Shown piece after piece: positions 48,257-56,274 of a stretch of 64,000 nucleotides of DNA. This DNA comes from a virus. Under the pieces are notes generated by a model, which worked only from the letters and a program-made list of their open reading frames with translations, did not search any database and was not told the DNA's origin. The position numbers and the translations under genes are program-made. The stretch is from IMG/VR virus record IMGVR_UViG_3300042691_033066, positions 1 through 64,000 of that record; one strand, 5' to 3'. How positions within the stretch are numbered: position 1 is the first letter of the stretch; each line of letters opens with the position of its first letter.

Positions 48257-48841
48257 ATGGCACTTCTTTGTGAATATACTGAACTTCAATATGACAGAAA
48301 TATATTATTAGAATCTATTGATGGTAACAAACCACTAATTCTAAAAAATGTCGTATTGCAACGAGCAAATGCAAAGAATCAAAACGGTCGTGTGTATCCA
48401 AAAGAAATTCTCATGCGTGAAGCATCGGTTTACAAACAAAACTTTGTCAATCAACGCCGAGCACTTGGAGAACTTGATCATCCCGAAAGTCCCGTCGTCA
48501 ATTTAAAAAATGTGTGTTGCAACGTGGTTGGGTTGTGGCCAGACGGCGATGATGTTCGTGGTGATATAGAAATTCTTACCACACCAACTGGTAATATTGT
48601 TCGGGAACTTATTAAGAATAATATCCGGTTAGGAGTATCATCCAGAGGCATGGGATCGGTACGACAGATGGGAGAAAATACCGTAGAAGTCCAAGAAGAT
48701 TTCAGTTTAATTTGTTTTGATATTGTGTCAAATCCTTCCACATTTGGGGCTTTCATTAACGAAAGTGTGGATTCAAAGATTGTCACCCCATACGATACGA
48801 TTGATAAGTTGGTTCACGATTTCTTAAGCGAAGTTAAATAA
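48257..48841 (+). CDS. Prohead protease (T4 gp21-like)
   Basis: NQNGRVYP, ALGELDHP, LGVSSRGMGS, FDIVSNPS. Confidence 0.95.
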   Translation: MALLCEYTELQYDRNILLESIDGNKPLILKNVVLQRANAKNQNGRVYPKEILMREASVYKQNFVNQRRALGELDHPESPVVNLKNVCCNVVGLWPDGDDVRGDIEILTTPTGNIVRELIKNNIRLGVSSRGMGSVRQMGENTVEVQEDFSLICFDIVSNPSTFGAFINESVDSKIVTPYDTIDKLVHDFLSEVK

Positions 48842-48852
48842 AGGAGAGTAAT

Positions 48853-49128
48853 ATGTTATTATTAATCAGTGTTATCGTTGTTGCTGGTACTATTGCATGG
48901 TTTGTCATTAAAGATATGAACAAACCCCTTGCCGAAAAACTTTCTACACATGTCAAAAAAGTTGAAGATAAGGTTGAATCTGTCGCCGATCTCAATAAGG
49001 ATGGTGTGGTTAATGTTGCTGATGCAAAGGTAGCAGTTGAAAAGACAAAAAAGGCAACGGCTAAGGCAACGGCTAAAGTTGTTGATAAGGTTAAAAAGTC
49101 ACGTGGACGTAAAAAGAAAACGGACTAA
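48853..49128 (+). CDS. Small membrane-anchored protein with EF-hand-like loop and Lys-rich tail
   Basis: N-terminal TM; DLNKDGVVNVAD; KKSRGRKKK. Confidence 0.65.
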   Translation: MLLLISVIVVAGTIAWFVIKDMNKPLAEKLSTHVKKVEDKVESVADLNKDGVVNVADAKVAVEKTKKATAKATAKVVDKVKKSRGRKKKTD

Positions 49129-49131
49129 TAC

Positions 49132-49524
49132 ATGCCAGCAGTTAGTAAGCAACAGCAAAAATTATTTGGACTAGTACACGCGTATCAGCAGGGCAAAGTT
49201 CCTGCTGATAAGGTCAGTTCAAAGATTAAAAAGATTGCCAATAGTATTTCTCCGGAAGACGCAAAAAAATATGCGTCTACGTCTCATGCGGACATTAACG
49301 GATTGAAAGAGGTGTTCAACTCCCCATCTTACATTCGGCAAACGTTGGAAGAAATTATACAGACTAATACGCCAGATTATGTCAAGGGACAACTAATTGA
49401 CGTATATACAGCGCAGATGCTTACAACTGTCATGAAAAAATTAAACGAAGAAAATAAAAATGTTTTATTACAAAAGTCATTGAACGAAATAGTGGCTATT
49501 TCGTATAAAATATTAACCTACTGA
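49132..49524 (+). CDS. Hypothetical head-module protein
   Basis: MPAVSKQQQKLFGLV..DAKKYASTSH. Confidence 0.65.
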   Translation: MPAVSKQQQKLFGLVHAYQQGKVPADKVSSKIKKIANSISPEDAKKYASTSHADINGLKEVFNSPSYIRQTLEEIIQTNTPDYVKGQLIDVYTAQMLTTVMKKLNEENKNVLLQKSLNEIVAISYKILTY

Positions 49525-49527
49525 GAT

Positions 49528-50214
49528 ATGGGGAAAACATTATTTGTCAGCGATTTTGATGATACCTTGGCACGTACAGATGCCAAGGTAATTCTTGTTC
49601 GGAATGGTGAACGGACGGAAATGGATCCAGCAGCATTTGCCATATATGAACCAGAAAAAGGCGACACATTTGATTTTTCGCAATTTGATAAACTCATCAA
49701 TCCTCGTCCCATCCAACGATTTGTTAAATTATTAAAACAAGCAATTGGACGAGCAGATAAAATTGCCATATTAACTGCCCGAGGTCATACTCGTCCCGTC
49801 GCGCAATTTTTAAAAATGCACGGAATTGACGCCGGAGTGTCTATCGCAGCAATAGGTAGCGCAGACCCAGAAAAGAAAGCAAGTTATATCCGTAAACATA
49901 TTCAAGCTGGATTTGATAGAGTTGCATTTATTGACGACTCTCCGAAAAATATTGCAGCAGTTGAACGACTACGAACAGAATTTCCTAAAGCAAAGATTTT
50001 AGCACATCAAGCAAAAGAAGAAGAGGAACATCCAACTGATGAACCCAAATCGGCCAACAAGCCTACATTAGATTCACCAGAAATGAGTGCTATTGCTCAA
50101 CAAGCAAAGCAAATGGGATTGACTGATTTTAGGTTTGGTCGGTATGGAAAAGATGGAAAGGTTACACATATTATTAAAAACGGACGATTGGTTCCGAAAC
50201 CCAAGGGGGCATAA
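49528..50214 (+). CDS. HAD-superfamily phosphatase (PNKP-phosphatase-like)
   Basis: DFDDTL (motif I), ILTAR (II), KK (III), FIDDSPKN (IV). Confidence 0.8.
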   Translation: MGKTLFVSDFDDTLARTDAKVILVRNGERTEMDPAAFAIYEPEKGDTFDFSQFDKLINPRPIQRFVKLLKQAIGRADKIAILTARGHTRPVAQFLKMHGIDAGVSIAAIGSADPEKKASYIRKHIQAGFDRVAFIDDSPKNIAAVERLRTEFPKAKILAHQAKEEEEHPTDEPKSANKPTLDSPEMSAIAQQAKQMGLTDFRFGRYGKDGKVTHIIKNGRLVPKPKGA

Positions 50215-50429
50215 TGCACGTAAAGGTTAATGAAGGAAAAGATGATTTGAACAAAGCATTGAAGCAGTTTACAAAAATGGTTAAGAAGTCGGAGATCATG
50301 CAGGAACTACGTAACCGAGAGCACTTTTTAAAGCCATCAAAGAAACGTATTTTCAAACGTCAAGAAGCACTTCGTCGTAGAAAACGTGAAGAACGAAGAG
50401 CAGCAAGACAAAAACATTACGATAATTGA
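50214..50429 (+). CDS. rpsU: Phage-encoded 30S ribosomal protein bS21
   Basis: VKV..DLNKALKQFTKMVKKSEIMQELRNREHFLKPSKKR..RRR; 71 aa. Confidence 0.88.
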   Translation: MHVKVNEGKDDLNKALKQFTKMVKKSEIMQELRNREHFLKPSKKRIFKRQEALRRRKREERRAARQKHYDN

Positions 50430-50450
50430 TATTTTAGAAATTTAGTAATA

Positions 50451-50555
50451 TATTTATTAAAGTGAAAACACTAATGTTTAATATTGGTGGGAATTTTTAT
50501 ATCTACTATAACAGATTATAATATCTGTTTTCATTCCTCATAGGAGTATTACAAT
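50451..50555 (+). promoter_or_regulatory. Putative late promoter (TATTTATT) and structured leader of about 100 nt for the scaffold/capsid operon
   Basis: Motif at 50451-58; hairpins at 50469-50489 and 50510-50529; SD AGGAG. Confidence 0.5.
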
Positions 50556-51719
50556 ATGGCAAAGATTACAAATAATCTTCTAAAACAAGCCATTGCTGAT
50601 GCAGAAGCAGTTCGTGAAACTGCCGTTGCTAACGCAAAGTTGGTATTAGAAGAAGCAATTACCCCACAAATTCGTGATATGATTGCCCGTCGCCTTCGTG
50701 TTGAATCAGAAATGGCAGATACGGAAGAAAAGGAAGAAGTTAAGGAAGAATCAGTAAAAGAACTCCCATTCCAAGACGCTGAGGCAGAAGGAGGTGCAGA
50801 ATTCCCAGCCGATACATCAACCGTTGGTTCCGGTGAAAACAAGGAACCATCAGATGATGCATTTGATACGTCCGCAATTGGCGATGGCGGTGAAAATGTA
50901 GACGATAGTCACACGGACTGGTATGATGATTGGTCTGAGAGTGATTTTGACCTTGAAGAAGTAATCAAGGAATTAGAAGAAGATATTGCTCGTCTTGCGG
51001 AAGCAGAACATGAAGGCGAAGGCGAAGGCGAAGCAGAAGAAAAGGAAGAAGCACCTGAAGCAGAAAAGAAAGAAAACCCATTTGCAGAAAAGAATGGTGA
51101 AGAAATGAAGAAAGAAGGATGGAAGCAGAATGAATTGACACACAAGGCACCTGCAGCAGATCCATCAATCGACGCAAAAGCACCTGTTCATGAAAAAGAT
51201 ATGGAAATGGGTGCTGAAGAAGGTGAAGAAGAACTAGATCTTGAAGCAATTCTTGCAGAACTTGAAGCCGATGAAGAAGATCCAACTGGTGCACCTGCAC
51301 ATGGTGGAATGGATAAGACAAAAGCAATGGCTGCTCATCTTGCGGGACTCAAGAAAGAATTGGCACAACATCGTGCGGTCATCAATACCCTACGTGAACG
51401 CCTACAAGAAGTTAACTTATTAAACTCAAAGTTGCTCTTCACAAACAAGATCTTCCGTAAGGAAGGTTTAACAAACGAACAAAAAGTTCGTATCGTTGAA
51501 TCATTTGATCGTGCAACAAACGTTCGTGAAGTGAAACTCGTTTATGCGGCACTTGTTGAAAATCTTTCAACAGCAGCTAAGACTTTCAATGCATCCCGCA
51601 AGAAAGTCGTTACCGAAGGATTAGCTTCCAAGGTAACACCAAGTACGGCTCCAAAGAAGGAAGTTATCGTTGAAAATACGGTAGCCCGTCGTTTACAAGA
51701 ACTCGCAGGAATTATCTAA
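50556..51719 (+). CDS. Prohead scaffolding protein (gp22-like)
   Basis: Very acidic; AIADAEAVRETAVANAK; LQEVNLLNSKLLF; RLQELAGI; directly before the capsid gene. Confidence 0.85.
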   Translation: MAKITNNLLKQAIADAEAVRETAVANAKLVLEEAITPQIRDMIARRLRVESEMADTEEKEEVKEESVKELPFQDAEAEGGAEFPADTSTVGSGENKEPSDDAFDTSAIGDGGENVDDSHTDWYDDWSESDFDLEEVIKELEEDIARLAEAEHEGEGEGEAEEKEEAPEAEKKENPFAEKNGEEMKKEGWKQNELTHKAPAADPSIDAKAPVHEKDMEMGAEEGEEELDLEAILAELEADEEDPTGAPAHGGMDKTKAMAAHLAGLKKELAQHRAVINTLRERLQEVNLLNSKLLFTNKIFRKEGLTNEQKVRIVESFDRATNVREVKLVYAALVENLSTAAKTFNASRKKVVTEGLASKVTPSTAPKKEVIVENTVARRLQELAGII

Positions 51720-51739
51720 TATTATAGGAGATTTACCAT

Positions 51740-53347
51740 ATGTCAGATGTACAAGATTTTATCAACGAAGCGGGGACGGCACATAAGCACGTCATTGATC
51801 AAACCCGCAAATTAGCAGGTAAGTGGGAACGTTCAGGTCTTCTAGAAGGCTTGAAGGGATATGAAAAGCAAGGCATGGCAGTCATGCTCGAAAACCAAGC
51901 AACACAACTTCTCCAAGAAAACACCAAGACCAACCAAGCTGGTGCAACTGGTGAACAATGGGCAGGTGTTGCTCTTCCATTAGTCCGTAAGGTCTTCGGA
52001 AGTATTGCAGCAAAGAACTTCGTTTCAGTTCAACCAATGAATCTTCCAGCAGGACTTGTGTTCTACATGGACTTCAAGTATGGTACCACACGTAACGGTC
52101 AAACAGCAAACCAATCACTTTATGGTGCCGCAGCTGCTTCTACATGGGGCGGATTCGGTAACACGAACACGGGTGGTCTATATGGTGCAGGTCGTTTTGG
52201 TTACACCATCAACGTCACAAGTTCAGGAACAACGTTAGGTGACACAACTGCATCAGTATCATTCTCAGACGTTAATTTTAATGACGTATATGTAGCAACT
52301 GGAAGTCTCCGTAAGTTCGTCGTAGATAAGGCCGACCTTCCTGGATTTGATCCATTAGCAGTACGCGCATTCGTCCCATCTGGTTCAGGTGCAGATTTTG
52401 CAGCACTCGTACTTCCTGAATTTACGAAGTATGATGGCACAAACGTCACGTTCATTGTCAATACATCAGCAAATGCAGTATTGAACAAAGTTGAATATGT
52501 GAAGCAACCAACGGATACAACTCGTGGTGATTTTGAAGATCGTGATCCAATTCGTGGCTCAGGAAACGGCACAGGACTTGATGACGGTACAGATCTCAAC
52601 ATTCCAGAAATTGATTTGGAACTCAAGAGTGAAACCATCGTTGCCAAGACACGTAAGTTGAAGGCAGTATGGTCACCAGAACTTGCACAAGACTTGAACG
52701 CATACCACTCAGTTGATGCAGAAGCAGAATTGACAAGTATGTTGTCAGACTATGTTGCAATGGAAATTGATCTTGAAATCCTTGACATGTTAATCAACGC
52801 AGCACCAACGGTTGATTACTGGTCAGCAGAAATTGGTTCAACCTGGAACGGATCAGCATTTGCTGCTTCATCTTTCACGGGAACAGCATGGACAAACATG
52901 ACTTGGTACCAAACACTTGGTCAGAAGATGCAAAAGGTCAGTAACCGTATCCACCAACTCACAATGCGTGGCGGTGCTAACTTCGCAGTTGTCTCACCAA
53001 CAGTTGCAACAATTCTTGAAACCATCCCTGGCTTCGCAGCCGGAACAGACGGTGACAAGGCAGAATTTGCAGCAGGTATCACCAAGATTGGTTCATTCAC
53101 CAACCGCTTTACCATCTACAAGAACCCATACATGACAGAAAACGTGATGTTAATGGGCTTCCGTGGAAATCAGTTCTTGGAAACTGGTGCAGTTTACGCT
53201 CCATACATTCCATTGATCATGACACCACTCGTGTACGATCCAGCAAACTTCACACCACGCCGTGGCGTGATGACACGTTACGCCAAGAAGATTGTCCGTC
53301 CGGAATTCTTCGGAAAGATCTACATCGACAAGCTCGCACTTGTATAA
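51740..53347 (+). CDS. Major capsid protein (T4 gp23-like)
   Basis: VQPMNLPAGLVF, AKTRKLKAVWSPELAQDLNAYH, YAPYIPL, FTPRRGVMTRY. Confidence 0.97.
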   Translation: MSDVQDFINEAGTAHKHVIDQTRKLAGKWERSGLLEGLKGYEKQGMAVMLENQATQLLQENTKTNQAGATGEQWAGVALPLVRKVFGSIAAKNFVSVQPMNLPAGLVFYMDFKYGTTRNGQTANQSLYGAAAASTWGGFGNTNTGGLYGAGRFGYTINVTSSGTTLGDTTASVSFSDVNFNDVYVATGSLRKFVVDKADLPGFDPLAVRAFVPSGSGADFAALVLPEFTKYDGTNVTFIVNTSANAVLNKVEYVKQPTDTTRGDFEDRDPIRGSGNGTGLDDGTDLNIPEIDLELKSETIVAKTRKLKAVWSPELAQDLNAYHSVDAEAELTSMLSDYVAMEIDLEILDMLINAAPTVDYWSAEIGSTWNGSAFAASSFTGTAWTNMTWYQTLGQKMQKVSNRIHQLTMRGGANFAVVSPTVATILETIPGFAAGTDGDKAEFAAGITKIGSFTNRFTIYKNPYMTENVMLMGFRGNQFLETGAVYAPYIPLIMTPLVYDPANFTPRRGVMTRYAKKIVRPEFFGKIYIDKLALV

Positions 53348-53378
53348 TACGATTCTTTCGTAACGTAGTGAATAAATT

Positions 53379-53403
53379 GGGTGACCTTCGGGTCACCCTT
53401 TTT
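53379..53403 (+). terminator. Intrinsic terminator with cUUCGg tetraloop
   Basis: GGGTGACC-TTCG-GGTCACCC-TTTTT. Confidence 0.95.
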
Positions 53404-53425
53404 ATTTTTACATCAATTAATTTGA

Positions 53426-53433
53426 TATTTATA
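53426..53433 (+). promoter_or_regulatory. Putative late promoter TATTTATA
   Basis: After the terminator, 23 nt before ATG 53457. Confidence 0.6.
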
Positions 53434-53456
53434 TATGACTCTAAGTGAGGGCGTGT

Positions 53457-54623
53457 ATGCAGAATCGTGAACCCATCATATTTGAAGAAATATCTATGAA
53501 TCCACGGGGATTAACTCCGTTTGGATTTTATGATACAGACGTTCAATTTCAACAAGAAGCACCCGATGTTGCGACATTCGTTGCTCGTCGATTAGGATTT
53601 CCTGTTGTTGATGTTGAACTTACTCATAAACAAATCTATGCGTGTCTAGAAGAAGCAATCACCACGTATAGTAATCAAGTCAATCAGTTTAATGCACGAG
53701 AACACATGCTGTCGGTACAGGGCATGAGTACTTCAACAAATATTACACAACGAAATATTGTATCAACGCCGTTGCCGCAACTAGTAAAACTTTCTGCACA
53801 CTATGGAACGGAAGCAGAGAGTGGCGGAAATGTGACAGTTAAAAAGGGATATATTACCGCATCTGCATATCAACAAACATATGATCTGAAATCATTATGG
53901 GCCGATGTTAGCGAGAGTGGAAAGGTAATAGAAATTCGTCGGGTGTATCACCATATGCCACCGGCTATTGCTCGTTACTATGATCCATTTGCAACCACAG
54001 GACTTGGTTTAACCAACTTGATGAGTGAATTTGGATTTGACGGATATTCGCCACCAGTCACATTCGTCATGATGCCAGCATACGAAGATCTTCTCCGTAT
54101 TCAAGCAATTGAAGTCAACGACATGATTCGTAAGAGTCAATACAGTTTTCAAATATCCAATAATGTTGTACGATTTACACCAATCTTTACAAAAGAAACT
54201 ACAATTTGGTTTGATTATATGGTTGTGGATGATAAAACGTCGGGAATTGCTTTATTACAATCGGGATCAGAAAATAGTTCAGTATCCGATTTTTCTAATA
54301 TTCCGTATAATAATATTCAATATAAGAATATTAATCAAATGGGAAGATTGTGGATTTACCGATATACTCTTGCATTAGCAAAGGAATTATTAGGACTGAT
54401 TCGTTCCAAATATGAAAATATCCCTATACCGGACGCACAGATTCGTTTGGACGGTGAAACTCTTCGTCGTGAAGCAGAACAAGAAAAGGATGCACTGATA
54501 AAAGAAATTCGGGAAACATTGGAACAGACAGGATATCAATCGCAAATAAAAAAACAAATGGAAAATGCTGAAGCGATGAACACCATTTTCAAATATGTAC
54601 CAGTTCCAATATACATTTTTTAA
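53457..54623 (+). CDS. Neck/head-tail adaptor protein (gp13-like)
   Basis: RRLGFPVVDVEL, WIYRYTLALAKELLGLIRSKY, RLDGETL. Confidence 0.8.
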   Translation: MQNREPIIFEEISMNPRGLTPFGFYDTDVQFQQEAPDVATFVARRLGFPVVDVELTHKQIYACLEEAITTYSNQVNQFNAREHMLSVQGMSTSTNITQRNIVSTPLPQLVKLSAHYGTEAESGGNVTVKKGYITASAYQQTYDLKSLWADVSESGKVIEIRRVYHHMPPAIARYYDPFATTGLGLTNLMSEFGFDGYSPPVTFVMMPAYEDLLRIQAIEVNDMIRKSQYSFQISNNVVRFTPIFTKETTIWFDYMVVDDKTSGIALLQSGSENSSVSDFSNIPYNNIQYKNINQMGRLWIYRYTLALAKELLGLIRSKYENIPIPDAQIRLDGETLRREAEQEKDALIKEIRETLEQTGYQSQIKKQMENAEAMNTIFKYVPVPIYIF

Positions 54624-54633
54624 GAGATAGTTC

Positions 54634-55095
54634 ATGCCACGGTTCGTTACTCAACGAGATTTTGAATTTTTCCAACATATCAACAGAGAAATTGTAGTTG
54701 ATGTTGTTGATATTGAAGTTATTATATATAAAATAATAAGTGATATTACAAAAGTAAATATTTACGGTGAAGCGGTAGAAAAACCAATGTACCGTGGTAT
54801 TAGTTTAAATGCACTTATTAAGTATCCAAAAAAGGTGGCAGAAACAGAAGATGGATTTGGATATGATGTTGCACAAACTGCGGTAGAGTTCAGGTTTGTA
54901 AGAAAAACATTACAAGATGTAAACGTCTACCCAGAAGTCGGAGATGTTATTAAGTATAATGAAAATTTTTATAGTATTAATAATATAAACGAAGCACAGT
55001 TAGTTGCAGGTAGACCCGAATACAATCAAACCATTTTGTGTGAATGTCACTTGACACGTAGAAGTACCTTTAATATTGAGGAAACTCACGTATGA
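54634..55095 (+). CDS. Neck/head-closure protein (gp14-like)
   Basis: NIYGEA, PEVGDVI; synteny. Confidence 0.7.
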   Translation: MPRFVTQRDFEFFQHINREIVVDVVDIEVIIYKIISDITKVNIYGEAVEKPMYRGISLNALIKYPKKVAETEDGFGYDVAQTAVEFRFVRKTLQDVNVYPEVGDVIKYNENFYSINNINEAQLVAGRPEYNQTILCECHLTRRSTFNIEETHV

Positions 55096-55883
55096 GTATA
55101 CCAACGTTTAATAGAAATCAAATCGTAACGCCCAAATTACAGAACAGAGCATACGATACAAAATCGTCTGAGGGAATGGGTTCACCTGTCTCAATCGGGT
55201 TACAGACGATTGATACGGCAATATTAAAATACTTACAAACAAAAATAAAACCCGTAGTGACTCAACATGGGAAGCAGATACAAGTTCCTGTGCTATACGG
55301 TAACCCAGAACGATGGAAAAGTGCGCAAGTTGATGGAGCAATTCGTGATAAAAATGGTATGATTCAACTTCCAATCATGATGATTCGTCGTACAGGCATG
55401 AAAGAAAACGCCATCAATAATCCGACTAACAAATATCAAAATTATTTGTTCAAAACTGGCTGGAATTCTCGTAATATCTATGATCGGTTTGCGGCGGTAA
55501 ACGGGGTAACGCCAACGCAACGATACCAACAAACGCTTATACCAGATTATTATGATATTACATATGAAGGTATGATTTGGACCGAATTCATGGAACAAAT
55601 GAATAAAATCATTGAAGGTCTTTCATTTGAAAGTAACGAGTATTGGGGCGAAGACAATAATTACAAGTTTAAAGCAAAGATTGATCAATTTGAACAAATC
55701 ACAGACCTTCCTGCCAATGATGCACGTTTGGTTAGAAGTAAATTTAATATTGATGTAAAGGCATACATTTTACCACAAAGTGCATTGGACAAGAATGGAA
55801 ACAGAACTCAAACTACCAGACTACAATATTCTACTAAAAAAGTGGTATTTGAGTCGGAAGTGGTAACTAGTTTGGATAGATAA
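55092..55883 (+). CDS. Tail terminator/sheath stabiliser (gp15-like)
   Basis: VPVLYGNPERW, LPIMMIRR, PDYYDITY, EQMNKIIE. Confidence 0.7.
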   Translation: MSIPTFNRNQIVTPKLQNRAYDTKSSEGMGSPVSIGLQTIDTAILKYLQTKIKPVVTQHGKQIQVPVLYGNPERWKSAQVDGAIRDKNGMIQLPIMMIRRTGMKENAINNPTNKYQNYLFKTGWNSRNIYDRFAAVNGVTPTQRYQQTLIPDYYDITYEGMIWTEFMEQMNKIIEGLSFESNEYWGEDNNYKFKAKIDQFEQITDLPANDARLVRSKFNIDVKAYILPQSALDKNGNRTQTTRLQYSTKKVVFESEVVTSLDR

Positions 55884-55903
55884 ATTTTGAAGAATTAATT
55901 TGA

Positions 55904-55953
55904 TATTTATTATTAAAATAGTGAAAGTTTGAATAAAAAGTCACATATTTATG
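55904..55953 (+). promoter_or_regulatory. Tandem putative late promoters (TATTTATT, TATTTATG)
   Basis: Motifs at 55904-11 and 55946-53, upstream of the sheath operon. Confidence 0.55.
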
Positions 55954-55990
55954 ATATGTATATCTATTTCAAAAACAAGAGGTTTTACTC

Positions 55991-56251
55991 ATGAAAAAAG
56001 TTACAGACGTAGAATTAGTTGAAATTCAAAAACTTCGTGAAACATTAGTAGAAATAATAACTTCTATAGGTGAGTTAACTCTTAATAAATTCGTATTAGA
56101 GAATCAACTAAGCACCTTAACGGACGATATAAAAACACAACAAGCACGATTTTTGGAATTCCAAGAACAAGAAAGGGTTTTATTTAGTAAGTTACAGCAA
56201 ACATATGGAACCGGTGATATTAATTTAGAAACCGGAGAGATAGCAGAATAA
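55991..56251 (+). CDS. Small coiled-coil protein
   Basis: 86 aa; SD GAGG; YGTGDINLETGE C-terminus. Confidence 0.7.
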   Translation: MKKVTDVELVEIQKLRETLVEIITSIGELTLNKFVLENQLSTLTDDIKTQQARFLEFQEQERVLFSKLQQTYGTGDINLETGEIAE

Positions 56252-56274
56252 TATAACCCATTTGGAGGATTCGT

